A DNA stretch of 64,000 nucleotides, from assembly GCF_044704955.1 (NCBI RefSeq), contig NC_091984.1:144646001-144710000 (forward strand), given 5' to 3'. The translations under genes and the position numbers were made by a program. Below the pieces are notes generated by a model, which did not search any database, had not been told where the DNA came from, and saw only the letters and a list, made by a program, of their open reading frames with translations. Below, piece by piece: positions 1 through 13,430 of the stretch. Numbering within the stretch: position 1 is the stretch's first letter; each line of letters opens with the position of its first letter. This DNA comes from Pristiophorus japonicus. Taxonomy: Eukaryota.

Positions 1-3000
1 CATTATTTGCTTTTTTTTAGTTTTAAATTTATTTCTGCTAAGTTAGTTCTCAGTCTATTAAATAGAGGCATGGCAGGGCAGTTCTGTCCCGTGGAGAGCA
101 CATCCTGTGCCATGTGGGAAGTCCTGGACACTTCTCGTGGCCTGGACGACCACATGTGCAGGAAGTGTCACCAGCTACAGCAACTCGAGCTCCGCGTTTC
201 GGAGATTGAGCGGCGGCTGGAGTCACTGCGGTGCATCCGTGAGGCTGAGAACTTGGTGGATAGCACGTTTCTAGAGGTGGCCACCACTCAGCTTAAGAGT
301 GTGCAGGCAGAGAGGGAATGGGTGACCACCAGACAGAAGAGGAGGTCCAGGCAGGTAGTGCAGGAGTCCCCTGAGTCCATCTCACTCTCCAACCAGTATT
401 GTGTTCTGAGTACTGGTGGGGGCGATGGTTCCTCCAGGAAGTTCAGCCAGAGCCAAGTCCACGGCACCACGGGTGGCTCAGCTGCACAGGGGGGAGGAAG
501 AAGAGTGGAAGAGCAATAGTGGTAGTGGATTCGATAGTTAGGGGAACAGACAGACATTTCTGCGGCCGCAGACATGACTCCAGGATGGTATGTTACTTGC
601 CTGGTGCCAGGGTCAAGGATGACACTGAGTGGCTGCAGTACATTCTGACGGGGGAGGGTGAACAGCCAGAGATTGTGGTCCATATCGATACCAATGACAT
701 AGGTAGAAAGAAGTATGTGGTCCTACAGGCAGAGTTTAGGGAGCTAGATTAAAAAGCAACACAGCAATGGTAGTAATCTCCAGATTACTCCCGGTGCCAC
801 ATGCTAGTGAGTACAGAAATAGGAGGATAGAGCAGATGAATGTGTGGCTGGAGAGATGGTGCAGGATGGAGGGCTTTAGTTTCCTGAGGCATTGGGACCA
901 TTTCTCGGGGAGGTAGGACCTGTCCAAGTCAGACGGGTTACACGTCAACAGAGCCGGGACCAATATCCTCGCGGGGGGGTTTGCTAGTGCTGTTGGGGAG
1001 AGTTTAAACTAGCTTGGCAGGGGGATGGGAACCGGAGAATAAATTCAGTGGGGCGAGAAGCAAATCTGGAATTGGAAAGCAGAAAAGTAGTAAGTAAATT
1101 TGGAAGACAGAGGAAACAAAGCCCAGAAAATAGACAGCAAAGATGGTTGGCAGTGCTCAATGGTATATACTTCAATGCAAGGAGTATAGTGAATATTGCA
1201 GATGAGCTGAGAGCACAGATAGACAATTGAGAGAACGATATTGGGATGGAAATTCTGACGTGTCCGGGCCTGTACGTAGTTTCTACGGACCCGGGAAGGT
1301 ATCGGAAAAGCCGGTTTTCAGCGTGCAATGCGCATGCACTGAAAACATGCTTTTCCGATCTGTCAAGCTGGAGCTGGAGAGATCGTAGCCAGATCATGAG
1401 CGAGGACATTTGTACGGGCAAGATGGGACTACTTATCCATATCTTGCCCAGCAAATGTCCTCAAAAATCATAGCCTACTTTTACAGGCGTAAGTGCTTTA
1501 AAACATACAGAAACAATTGTAAAATACAATTATAGACATATAGTTTATTGTTCAAAAACCTCCCCACTACAGTAAGTTTATTACCATAATTAAAAAAACT
1601 TTTTTAGCAATCGGGAACATATTTTATTTCTATAAGACATAATAACTTTAATTTCAAATCATTTTAAATATCTGTGGTCTGTTTTTTAGTTTTTATTATT
1701 TTGTGTGTTTGGTTTTGTCACCATTAATAGCACTGAGAACTGGTAGATACGTGAGTCTTAGTGCTATTAATGGGAACCTGTGAACTACCAACCTGATTGG
1801 CTGAGCAGCCACACATGACTGCATCTTCTGCGTGGGAACCCTCTGGACTGAATCGTGCTTAAATGCATTCAGGAGAATTTTATCAATGATATGTAACAAG
1901 TCCAACAAGGGAGGGGACGGATCTGGACTTGGTTTTGGGGAATGAAGAGGGGCAGGTGGAAGGGGTATCAGTGGGAGAGCATTTTGGCGCCAGTGATCAT
2001 AATTCAGTTAGATTTAGTGTAGTTATGGAAAAGGACAAAGATAGACCAGGAATAAAAGTTCTCAGTTGGGGAAGAGCCAATTTTGCTGAGCTGAGATGAG
2101 ATTTGGCCAAAGCGGACTGGAAACAGCTACTTGATGGTAAATCAGTGTCAGAGCAGTGAGAGGCATTCAAGGAGGAAATCCTGTGGTTTCAGAGTAAGTC
2201 TGTTCCCTTGAAGAAAAATGTGGGACTAAAAATCCTAGGGGCCCTGGATGTCAAGGGATATACAGTGTAGGATAAAGTAAAAAAAGGGAGGCTTATGACA
2301 GATACCGAGGGCTCAATACTGCAGGAACTTTAGAGGGGTATAGAAAGTGCAGGGTGCAATTAAAAAGGAAATTAGGAAAGCAAAGAGAGAGCATGAAAAC
2401 ATTTTGGCAAGTAAAATCAAGGAAAACCCAAAGATGTTTTATAAATACATTAAGAGCTGGAGGATAATTAAAGAAAGTGTAGAGCCTATTCGAGACCATA
2501 AAGGTAATCTGTGTGTGGAGGCGTAAGACGTGGGTATGTTTCTGAATGAATACTTTCTGTCTGTTCTCACAAAAGAGAGAGGCAATGCAGACATTGCAAT
2601 CAGGGAGGAGGAGTTTGAAATATTAGATGAAATAAACATAGTGAGAGAGGAAGTATTAAGGGGCTTGGCAGCTTTGAAAGTTGATAAATCCCCTGGCCCT
2701 GATAAAATGTATCCCAAGCTGTTAAGTGAAGCAAAAGAGGAAATAGCACAGGCTCTGACCAACATTTTCCAATCCTCTCTGACTGCACGTGTGGTGCCAG
2801 AGGTCTGGAGGACTGCTAATGTTGTACCTTTGTTTAAAAAGGGAGAAAGGGATAGATCGAGTAATTGTAGGCCAGTTTGTAGGCCAGTCAGCCTAACCTC
2901 ATGGTGGGAAAGTTATTGGAAAAATTTCTGAGAGACAGGATAAATCTTCATTTAGAAAGACATGGATTAATCCAGGACAGTCAGCATGGGTTTGTAAAGG

Positions 3001-3585
3001 GAAGGTCGTGTCTGACTAACTTAATTGAATTCATCAAGGAAGTAATAAGGAGGGTTGATGAGGGCAGTGCGTATGATGTAGTGTAGATAGATTTTTGCAA
3101 GACTTTTGGTAAGGTCCTACATGGCAGACTGGTCATGAAAGTAAAACCCCTTGGATCCAGGGCAAAGTGGCAAGTTGGATCCAAAATTGGCTCAGAGGCA
3201 GGAAGCAAAGGGTAATGGTTGGTGATTTAATGACTGGAAAGCTGTTTCCAGTGGGGTTCCGCAGGGCTCAGTACAAGGTCATTGCTTTTTGTGGTATATA
3301 TCAATGATTTAGACTTGAATGTAGGGGGCATGATAAAGAAGTTTGCAGATGATACTAAAATCGGCCGTGTGGCTGATAATGAAGAAGAAAGCTGCAGACT
3401 GCAGGAAGATATCAATGAAATGGTCAGGTGGGCAGAACAGTGGCAAATAGAATTTAATCCAGAGAAGTGTGAGGTAATGCATTTGGGGAGGGCTACCAAG
3501 GCAAGGGAATACACATTAAATGGTAGGATACAGAGAAGTGTAGAGGAACATATCCACAGATACCTGAAGGTAGCAGGCCAGGTAG
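1..3585 (+). mobile_element. Decayed CR1-clade LINE, 5' part: ORF1 (Cys-rich/coiled coil plus SGNH/GDSL esterase) and ORF2 fragments (APE endonuclease, RT)
   Basis: ORF pieces CAMWEV..CRKC, AIVVVDSIVRG..VVHIDTNDIG, DKSPGPD, QHGFVKGRSCLTNL and KFADDTK, broken by stops and frameshifts. Confidence 0.9.
1243..1850. repeat. Unclassified insertion replacing part of the CR1 endonuclease region (possible non-autonomous DNA element)
   Basis: Non-CR1 sequence, GC-rich then AT-rich, absent from the homologous CR1 at about 57380-57770. Confidence 0.45.
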
Positions 3586-4380
3586 ATGTGAGGTTATCCA
3601 CTTTGGCAGAATGAATAGAAAAGCAAATTATTTTTTAAATGGAGATTTATTGCAAACTGCTGCAGTACAGAGGGATTTGGGGGTCCTTGTGCATGAAACA
3701 CAAACACTTAGAATGTAGCAAGTAATCAGGAAAGCAAATGGAATGTTGGCCGTTATTGCAAGGGGGGTGGAGTATAAAAGCAGGGAAGTCCTGCTACAAT
3801 TGTACAGGGTATTGGTGAGACCTGGAGTATTGCGTGCAGTTTTGGTCTCCATATTTAAGAAAGGATATCCTTTCATTGAAGGCAGTTCAGAGGAGGCCCA
3901 CTCGGTTGATTCCGGAGCTGAGGGGGTTGACTTATGAAGACATGTTGAGTAGGTTGGGCCTATACTCATTGGAGTTCAGAAGAATGAGAGTTGATCTTCT
4001 CGAAACATATAACATAATGAGAGGGCTTGACAAGGTGGATGCAGAGAGGATATTTCCACTCATAGAGGAAACTAAAACTAGAGGGCATAGTTTCAGAATA
4101 AGGGGTCGCCTATTTAGAAATGAGATGAGGAGGAATTTCTTCTCTCAGAGGGTTGTAAATCTGTGGGATTCTCATGCCGCAGAGAGCTGTGGAGGCTGGG
4201 TCCTTGAATATATTTAAGGCAGAGATAGACAGATTTTTGAACAATTAGTGGATAAAGGGTTATGGTGAGCAGGCAGGGAAGTGGAGCTGAGTCCACGATC
4301 AGATCAGCCAAGATCTCATTGAATGGTGGAGCAGGCTCGAGGGGCCAAATAGACTCCTGCTCCTATTTCTTATGTTCTTA
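3586..4380 (+). mobile_element. CR1 LINE 3' fragment
   Basis: QFWSPYLRKDI..RRNFFSQRVVNLW followed by a CR1 3' UTR ending TTCTTATGTTCT. Confidence 0.9.
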
Positions 4381-5059
4381 ATCCGTAATACCCTTACCCA
4401 ACAGGGTGCTGATGATGCCGGAGAACCAGCCTGAGCCTCAGATCCTGAACTGTCCACTGCAACACTGGACTGAGACACAGAGGGAGCAGAGTGTGTGCAA
4501 AGTGGTGACTGGCTGGTCCGCTGGTCCCCGAGACCCCTCCCCGACCCCACAGTCCCAACAGGATCCCCCCCCTCGATACCCAGCACCCAGTCCCACCAGA
4601 GCCCCTGACCTCCCCGTGACCCCCATGATCCCCCCACCCACCGATCACGCCGGTCCCCCCCGTTCCACGCACAGTCAGCCCCCGATAAAGCCCACCCTCC
4701 CCCGGCCCGGTCTCCCCTCTCCTGGGTAACAGTCTTGCACACACATACACACACCTACAGACAGTGCTGGGTAACAGTCACACACACACACACACACACA
4801 CACCTACAGGCAGTGCTGGGTAAGTCACACTAACACTCAGGGACATGTACACGGTGATACACTGACTGCTCCTCTCCCTAAGCTGAGGCCTCACTTGGTA
4901 CAGTTTTGTGCTGCTGCCATGAGCCACACGTTAAGGAGAGAGAATGCAACATTGTGACTGTGGCCTCCTGCCCCCAGATTGCTCCCAGCAGTCAGCACAC
5001 AGTGCACATTGCGATCCCACCATCGGGGGCAGCCCCAACACCCCCAGTGTGCAGAGTGA

Positions 5060-6176
5060 GAGCCAACAAGCTCCCCGCTGGAGTGGAACTAAACTACAGA
5101 ACCAGTGGGAACCTGTTCAACCTGCACAGTCTCCAGGCCAGATCCAAGGCCACTCCAACCTCTGTCGTCGAGCTACAGTATGTGGACGATGTCCGCATCT
5201 GCGCACATACAGAGGACGCACTCCAGGACATAGTCGACGTATTTACTGAGGCGTACGAAAGCATGGGCCTTACGCTAAACATCTGTAAGACAAAGGTCCT
5301 CCACCAGCCTGCCCTCATCACACAGCACTGCCCCCAGTCATCAAGATCCATGGCGCTGCCCTGGACACCGTGGACCACTTCCCATATCTCGGGAGCCACC
5401 AATCAACAAGAGCAGGTATTGACGACGAGATCCAACACCGCATCCAGTGCGCCAGTGCAGCCTTCGGTCACCTGAGGAAAAGAGTGTTTGAAGACCAGGC
5501 CCTCCAAACTGCCACCAAGCTCATGGTCTACAGGGCTGTAGTAATACCTGCCCTCCAATATGGCTCAGAGACATGGACCATGTACAGCAGACACCTCAAG
5601 TTGCTGGACAAATATCACCAACTATGTCTCTGCTAGATCCGACAAATCCCCTGGGAGGACAGGCGCACCAACATCAGCGTCCTCAGTCAGGCTAACATCC
5701 CCAGCATTGAAGCACTGCCCACACTCGATAGCTCCGCTAGGCAGGCCACATAGTCCGCATGCTAGACACGAGACTCCCAAAGCAAGTGCTCTACTCGGAG
5801 CTCCTTCATGGAAAACGAGCCAAAGATGGGCAGCGGAAACGCTACAAGGACACCCTCAAAGCCTCCCTGATAAAGTGCAACATCTCCACTGACACCTGGG
5901 AGTCCCTGGCCCAAGACCACCCTAAGTGGAGGAAGTGCATCCGCCAGGGCGCTGAGCACCTCGAGTCTCGTCGCCAAGAGCATGCAGAAACCAAGCGCAG
6001 GCAGCGGAAAGAGCGTGCGGCGAATCTGTCCCCACCCACCCCTTCCCTCAATGACTGTCTGTCTCACCTGTGACAGAGTCTGTGGTTCTCGTATTGGACT
6101 GTTCAGCCACAAAAGAACTCACTTCAGGATGGAAGCAAGTCTTTCTTGATTCCGAGGGACTGCCGATGATATGATG
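5060..6176 (+). mobile_element. 5'-truncated RTE-clade LINE
   Basis: ELQYVDD RT motif, FPYLGS, YGSETW, RLPKQVLYSEL, C-terminal Cys/His motif and (GAT)-like tail; absent at the homologous site near 45000. Confidence 0.85.
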
Positions 6177-6314
6177 AGACTGGGAGGGTTTAATCCCAGC
6201 AGCTTTTAGTGTCTCTGTATTTAATCTTGTGCACTCCAGGGGTTCGAGGTCAAATTAATCGTTTTAAAATGATTGATAATTGGCTTTGAATCAAATCTCC
6301 TGCCGACATGCCAT

Positions 6315-6398
6315 TGATTGACAGCCCACTCAGCCAATCAGGACAGACACTTACTGAAATGCAGCCAATCCAGCTGAGGGGGAAGGTGGGACATTTCC
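6315..6398. promoter_or_regulatory. TGATTGACAG plus two CCAAT, CAGCTG and a kB-like motif downstream of the left C exon
   Basis: Motifs read directly; conserved at 44777-44859. Confidence 0.35.
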
Positions 6399-6530
6399 AA
6401 AGCACTCGCCAGACACAGACTGAATATTCTTCACGTTTATTGCCTTTTACAGATTCACATTTAGAGAAACAAGACTTCAATAAACAGCCCAGCGAGAGCG
6501 AGCTGGAGACATTCACAGGGAGAATGCAGC

Positions 6531-6536
6531 TTTATT
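6531..6536 (-). terminator. Candidate polyadenylation signal AATAAA of the left C exon
   Basis: TTTATT on +, homologous to AATAAA at 44639. Confidence 0.55.
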
Positions 6537-6966
6537 AAAACAGTTGTGGGGATTTTCTCCACACCGTGAGAATCCTGTCCCTTTAAACGGGGACTAAACC
6601 TTGAATTGTAACAGCAGGGTGAGCAGGGAGGGGGTCTGCTTACTGAAGCGGCACTTCGTAGTTTAACATTAGTTTTACTCTGCTGACAGTCTTCAGCATT
6701 TTTGAGAGGTTTTACTTGGCAGCACGAGTCAACACTGTCCCATCAAACCCTCCCAGGGCAGGTGCAGCATGGATTAGACACAGAGTAAAGCTCCAATGAC
6801 ACTGCCCCAATAACGTGCCTTACCCCCTGACCCTCAGATGCTTTCCCTGATACAGTCCCGAGAAGGAAGAGAGTAGAAATGCAGTGCTGACAATGACCTT
6901 TGCCCTCCCGGCTCACCCCCTGTTCTATTTAAAGTTGCGTCTCCCCCGCGGACTGTCCCCGACACA

Positions 6967-7295
6967 CTACGCACATTCTGCTCTCCTGACCCCCTTGCTG
7001 AGTGGAAAGGAGAGGCTCTCGTGGGTGAGGCTGCAGGAGAAGCTGGCGTTGGACTCCCAGTCGGAGCCAGAGAGGGTCAGCAGGCTGCTGACACTGTAGG
7101 TGTTGTCCGAAGCTCGCAGGTAGTCGCTGGTCTGGACCCCGGCCGAAATGGTCGCCCCGTCCTTCTTCCACTCCACCTCCACCGCATCGGGGTAGAAGTG
7201 ATCGGCGAGGCACACCAGGGTGGCAGTGACCTTGGTCGTGACCTCCTCCGGGGAGGGGGGCAGCAGGGCCAACGTGGGTGGTGTCTTCCCTCGGC
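6967..7295 (-). CDS. IGKC: Immunoglobulin light chain kappa-type constant exon, orphan copy with no V or J found upstream
   Basis: Acceptor TTTCAG; open frame (S)RGKTPPTLALLPPSPEEVTTKVTATLVCLADHFYPD..EWKKDG..YSVSSLLTL..FSCSLTHE..AECA*; C1-set Cys/Trp/Cys and the C-terminal interchain Cys are intact. Confidence 0.93.
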
Positions 7296-7544
7296 CTGAA
7301 ATAGAGGAGAAGGATCTTTAGTAGGTGTATATTAGTGTGTGTGTGTGTGTGTGTGTCACTGTGGGTGTTTCCGTGTGGGGATAATTCACATCTGATAACG
7401 GAGAGCTGGGTTAATGAACTCCTGGCTGGCGATTAACCATTAGAGGTGAGCAACACTAATTCTTAATCTTCTTTGCCTCGCTTGATAAGTTTAATATAAA
7501 TATAAATGCGTTTGAAGTTAAGGTTTTTAAAAAAAAAAATCTTT

Positions 7545-7995
7545 CATTTATATTATGCCTTTCACAACCACCGGACATCTCAAAGCACTTTTCAGCCAAT
7601 GAAGTACTTTTGGAGTGTCGTCACTGTTGTAATGTGGGAAACACGGCAGTCAATCTGCGCACAGCAAGCTCCCACAAACAGCGATGTGATAATGACCTGA
7701 TAATCTGTTCTTTTGTCATGTTGGTTGAGGGATAAATATTGACCAGGGCACCGGGGAGAACACCCCTGCTCTTCTTCAAAATAGGGGCATTGGATCTTTT
7801 ACATCTACCTGAGAGGGCAGACGAGGCCTCAGTTTAAAATTTCATCTGAAAGACGACACCTCCAACAGTGTTGCACTCCCTCAGCACTGCCCTGCAGTGT
7901 CAGCCTAGATTTTTGTGCTCAAATGCCTGGTGTGGGATTTGAACCCACAATATTCTGAATCAGAGGTGAGAGTGCAACGCACTGAGCCACGGCTG
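7545..7995 (-). mobile_element. tRNA-headed SINE (Deu-domain/SacSINE1-like)
   Basis: A/B-box-like head (GGTTCAAATCCC), conserved core and TATAAATG-type tail; family name from recollection. Confidence 0.7.
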
Positions 7996-8234
7996 ATGCT
8001 CAAAATCATACTGGGGTGAGGTCAAGGGTGAGGCTACAATTAGCCTCAGTGTACCAGGGTCAGGCAGGGTCACTGCTCCCAATGATCCCGTGACCTCCTG
8101 GAAGGTCAGAGTGCGTGGACAATGGCCGAGGGTCAGGATCAGGGCCCTCCCACTTCAATGAAAGAAAGCCTTGAATTTATATAGCGCCTTTCACAACCTC
8201 AGGATGTCCCAAGGTGCTTTACAACCAATTGTAC

Positions 8235-8716
8235 ACAGGGAGATTTACGAGGATGTTGCCTGGACTGGAAAATTTTAGCTATGAAGAAAGATTGGATAGG
8301 CTGGGGTTGTTTTCTTTGGAATAGAGGAGTCTGAGGGGAGACCTTATTGAGTTGTATAATATTATGAGGGGCCGAGATAGAGTGGATAGGACGGACCTAT
8401 TTCCTTAAGCAGATTGGCCAACAACCAGGGCATAGATTTTAAAGTAATTGCTCGGAGGTTTAGAGGGGATTTGAGGGGAAATGTCTTCACCCAGAGCGGG
8501 TGGGGGGTCTGGAAGTCACTGATTGAAAGGGTGGTAGAGGCAGAAACTCTCATCACTTTTAAAAATTACTTGGATGTACACTTGAAGTGCTGTAACCTAC
8601 AGGGCTACGGACCAAGAGCTGAAAAGTATGATTAGGCTGGATCGATCTTTGCCGGCCAGTGAAGACACAATGGGTCGAATGGCCTCCTTTCATGCTGTAA
8701 ATTTCTCTGATTCTAT
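8235..8716 (+). mobile_element. CR1 3' fragment
   Basis: RFRGDLRGNVFTQ..W and a GATTCTATGA tail; mirror of 42060-42520. Confidence 0.85.
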
Positions 8717-8914
8717 GAAGCTCCCAGACTGCAATGAGATCATGACCAGATCATCGGCTTTAACTATGTTAGTTGTGGGATAAATATTGGCCAGGACACT
8801 GAGAAGAACCCCCATGCCCTTCCAATAATGATTATGAGATCTTTCATGTTCACTTAAGAGGGCAGATGGGAATTCGGTTTAACGTCTCATCTGAAAGACG
8901 GCACCTCTGACAGA

Positions 8915-10534
8915 GGGAGGATATGTTTGAAGGATCATCAAATGAGGCCATATGGTTTAAACTGATGAACAGAAAAGGGACGATCACACTGCTGGGAGTG
9001 TACTATCGACCCCTAAACAGTCAGAGGAAGATAGAAGAGAAAATATGTCAGCAAATTGCTGAGAAGTGCAAAAACAATCGGGCAGCAATAGTCAGGGATT
9101 TCAACTCCCCTCACATTAACTGGGATGGAATCATGTCAAAGGTATAGAGGGTGCAGAATTCTTCAAATGAATTCAGGAGAACTTTTACAGCCAGTACGTA
9201 GCAAGCCCAGCAAGGGAGGCACAGTTCTGGGCTTAGTTTTTGGGAATGAAGCTGGGCAGGTGGAAGGGAGATCAGTGAGAGAGCATTGTGGTGCTCGTGA
9301 TCATAATTCAGTTAGATTTAGTGTAGTTATGGAAAAGGACAAAGGTAGAGCAGGAATAAAGGTTCTCAATTGGGGTAAGGCCAATTTTACTAAGCTGAGA
9401 GGTGATTTAGCAAAAGTGGGCTGGAAACAGCTACTTGAAGGTAAATCAGTGTCAGAGCAGTGGGAGGCATTCAAGGGGGAGATAGTGAGGGTTCAGAGCA
9501 AGTATGTTCCCACAAAGGAAAAAGGTGGCACTCCCAAATCTAGAGCCCCCTGGATGTCAAAGGGCATACAGGATAGGTTATGGCAAAAAAGGGAAGCTTA
9601 TGTCAGATACCCAGAGCTAAATACTGCAGAAAGCCCAGAGGTGTATAGAAAGTGCAGGGGTGAAATTAAAAAGGAAATTCGAAATGCAAAGAGAGGGCAT
9701 GAAAAAATACTGCCAAGTAAAATCAAGGAATACTCAAAGATGTTTTATAAATACATAAAGAGCAAGAGGATAAATAAAGAAAGAGTTGGGCCTATTGGAG
9801 ACCAAAAAGGTACCCTGTGTGTGGAGGCGGAAGACGGGGGAATGGTTCTTAATGAATATTTTGCATCTGTCTTCACAGAAGAGAGGGACGATGCAGACAT
9901 TGTAATTAAGGAGGACAAGTGTGAAATATTAGATGAGATAAACATAGTGAGAGAAGAAGTATTAAGGAGTTTAGCATCTTTGATCGTAGAAAAATCACCA
10001 GGCCCGGATGAAATGTATCCCAGACTTTTAAGAGAAGCAAGCGGGGATATAGCAGAGGCTCTGACCATCATTTTCCAATCTACTCTGGCTACAAGTGTGG
10101 TGCCAGAGGACTGGAGGACTGCTAATGTGTACCTTTGTATGAAAAGTGAGAACGGGATAGACCGAGTAATTACAGGCCAGTCAGCCGAACCTTGGTGGAG
10201 GGAAAATTATTGGAAACAATAATTGTCATATAGAAAGGGACATATTAATCAAGGACAGTCAGCATGGATTTATTCAGGGAAGGTCGTGCCTGATTAACTT
10301 GATTTAATTTTTTGCGGAGATAACAAGGAGAGTCGATGAGTTTTGCATCTTTGATGTCGTACACATGGACTTTTGCAAGGTTTTTGGTGAGGTCTCACAT
10401 GGCAGAAAAGTAAAAAGCCCAGGGATCCAAGGGAAAGTGGCAAGTTGGATCCAAAATTGGCTCAGTGGCAGGAAGCAAAGTGTAATGATCAACGGGTGTT
10501 TTTGTGACTGGAATGCTGTTTCATGTGGGGTTTC
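8915..10534 (+). mobile_element. CR1 ORF2 fragment (endonuclease to RT start); mirror of 40237-41860
   Basis: LGVYYRP, DFNSPHINW, KSPGPDEMYPRLL. Confidence 0.9.
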
Positions 10535-10535
10535 A

Positions 10536-13092
10536 AGCCAGGTTTGCTGATAATACAAAGATGGGAGGAAAAGCAATGTGTGATGAGGATACAAAAAACC
10601 TGCAAAAAGACATAGACAGGCAAAGTGAGTGGGCAAAAATTTGGCAGATCGAGTAGAATGTTGGAAAGTGTGAGGTTATGCACATTGGCAGAAAAAAATC
10701 AAAGAGCAAGTTATTATTTCAATGGAGAAAAATTGCAAAGTGCTGTAGTACAGCGGGACCTGGGGGTACTTGTGCATGAAACACAAAAGGATAGTATGCA
10801 GGTTCAGCAAGTGATCAGGAAGGCCAATGGAATCTTGGCCATTATTGCAATGGGGATGGAGTATAAAAGCAGGGAAGTTTAGCTACAGTTATACAGGGTA
10901 TTGGTGAGGCCATAGCTGGAATACTGCGTGCAGATTTGGCTTCAATATTTAAGAAAGGATTGACTTGCTTTGGAGGCAGTTCAGAGAAGGTTCACTAGGT
11001 TGATTCCAGAGATGAGGGGGGTTGTCTTTTGAAGAAAAGTTGAGTAGGTTGGGCCTCGACTCATTGGAATTCAGAAGAATGAGAGGTGATCTTATCACAT
11101 GTAAGATTATGAGGGGCCATGCAAGGTGGATGCAGAGAGGATGTTTCCACTGATAGGGGAGACTAGAACTTGGGGGCTTAATCTTAGAATAAGTGGCCGC
11201 CCATTTAAAACTGAGATGAGGAGGAATTTCTTCTCTCAGAATCTTTAATCTCTAAATATTCTCTAATTTCCAGATTACTCCCGGTGCCACGAGCTAATGA
11301 GTACAGAAATAGGAGGATAGAGCAGATGAATGCGTGACGGGAGAGATGGTGCAGGCGGGATGCTTTAGTTTCCTGAGGCATTGGGACTGCTTCTGGGGGA
11401 AGTGGGACCTGTACAAGCCGACTGGGTTGCTCCTCAACAGAGTCGGGACCAATAGCCATGAGTGGGGCATTTGCTCGTGCTGTTGGGGAGGGATTAAACT
11501 AGCTTGGCAGGGGGATGGGAACCGGAGAATAGATTCAGTCGGGAGGGGAGTAAAGCTGGAATTAGAAAGCAAAAATAAGGAAAGTGAGTTTGAAGGAGAG
11601 AGGAAACAAGCAGATAAAAAGGGTAAAAAAACAAATTTAAAGGCACTTTGCCAAAATAACAAAATAGCTGAGTTGATGGCACAAATAGATACAAATGAAT
11701 ATGATCCGATAGCCATTACGGAGACGTGGTTGCAAGGTGACCAGGACTGAGAACTAAATACTCAGGAGTCCTTGACAATCCGGAAAGGACAGACAGAAAG
11801 GTAAAGTAGGTGGGGTAGCTCTGTTGACAAAGGATGGAATTACTGCAATAGTGAGAAATTATATTGGCTCAAATGATCAGGATGTTGAAACGGTTTGGGA
11901 GGAGATGAGGAATAATAAGGTGAAAAAGTTACTGGTGGGCATAGTCTATAGGTCCCCTAACAGTAGCAACTCTGTTGGTCGGAGTATAAACCAAGAAATA
12001 GCGGGGGCTTGTAAAAATGGAACAGCAATAATTATGGGTGATTTCAACCTCCACATTGATTGGATAAATCAAATTGGTCAGGGTAGTCTTGAGGAAGAGT
12101 TCATAGAGTGCATAAGGGACGGGTTCCTTGAGCAGTCTATAATGAAACCACCCAGGGGGCAGGCTATCTTAGATCTGGTCCTGTGTAATGAGACAGGATT
12201 AATAAACAATCTCCCAGTAAAGGATCCCCTTGGACTGAGTGATGATAACATGGTTCAATTTCAAATTCAGATGGAGGGTGAGAAAGATGGATCTCTAACC
12301 AGCTTACTAAGCTTAAATAAAGGAGACTACAAAGGTATAAGTGCAGAATTGGCTAAAATGGACTGGGAAAATAGATTAAAGTGTAGGACGGCTGATGAAC
12401 AGTGGCGTACATATGAAGGAGATATTTCACAACTCTCAAGAAAAATATATTCTAGTGAGGAGGAAAGGGTGCAAAAGAAAAGATAGCCATCCGTGGCTAA
12501 CTGAAGAAATAAAGAAAGGTATCCAATTAAAAACAAGGGCATACAAAGTGGCCAAAACTAGTGGAAGGACAGAAGATTGGGAAGCTTTTAAAAGCCAACA
12601 AAGAATGACTAAAAAAATGATTAAGAAAGGGAAGATAGACGATGAAAGTAAACGAGCACAAAATATAAAAACAGATAGCAAGAGTTTCTATCGGTATATA
12701 AAAAGGAAAAGAGTGGGCAAAGTAAATGATGGTCCCTGAGAGGACAAAACCAGGGAATTAGTGATGAGGAACATGGAGATGGCAGAAACTCTGAACAAAG
12801 ATTTTGTATCAGTCTTTACGGTAGAGGACACTGAGATGAGGAGGAATTTCTTCTCTCAGAGGGTTGTAAATCTGTGGAATTTGCTGCCTCAGAGAGCTGT
12901 GGAGGCTGGGTCATTGAATATATTTAAGACAGAGATAGACAGTTTCATAACCAATAAGGGAATAAGGGGTTATGGGGAGCGGGCAGGGAAGTTGACCTGA
13001 GTCCATGATCGGATTGGCCATGATCGTATTAAATGGTGGAGCAGGCTCGAGGGGCTGTGTGGCCTACTCCTGCTCCTATTTCGTATGTTCTT
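10536..13092 (+). mobile_element. Mosaic of CR1 fragments at the position where the left cluster's V-J would be expected
   Basis: RT C-terminal, ORF1-end, endonuclease (ITETWL, GDFNLHIDW) and 3' UTR pieces. Confidence 0.85.
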
Positions 13093-13186
13093 AAAATGAG
13101 GAGGAGTGGGACTAATTGGGTAAATCTTTCAAAGAGCCGGCACAGGCATGATGGGCCGAATGGCCTCCTTCTGTGCTGTAAGATTC

Positions 13187-13430
13187 TAGGCTGTGAGCGC
13201 GGTTCACAGTTTTCTCCCGTGTCATTAACAAACGTACAGCTGTGACAACCTCCCTCTTTCACTTCCTCTGTGGGTGAAGTTTCATTCTTCCGATCTGACA
13301 ATCTCTTCAGTTATTTTTTGCACGGGGGATTTCTGCTGTGGTCTGAGTCTCTAATAATAACTGTCCAATAAGGCAGAATAACAGCAGCTCGGACCGGCTA
13401 GGACAGCGGACCCAGGCTCAGTGCTGACCC
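13187..13430 (-). promoter_or_regulatory. Candidate B-cell enhancer block, left copy
   Basis: TTTCACTTCCTC (EICE) 13257-13268, CAGCTG 13237, GGGGGATTTCT 13324, TGTGGT 13337; inverted copy at 23315-23555. Confidence 0.45.

Noticed and set aside
399-752. GDSL esterase-like gene
   Set aside because: Known CR1 ORF1 domain, frameshifted.
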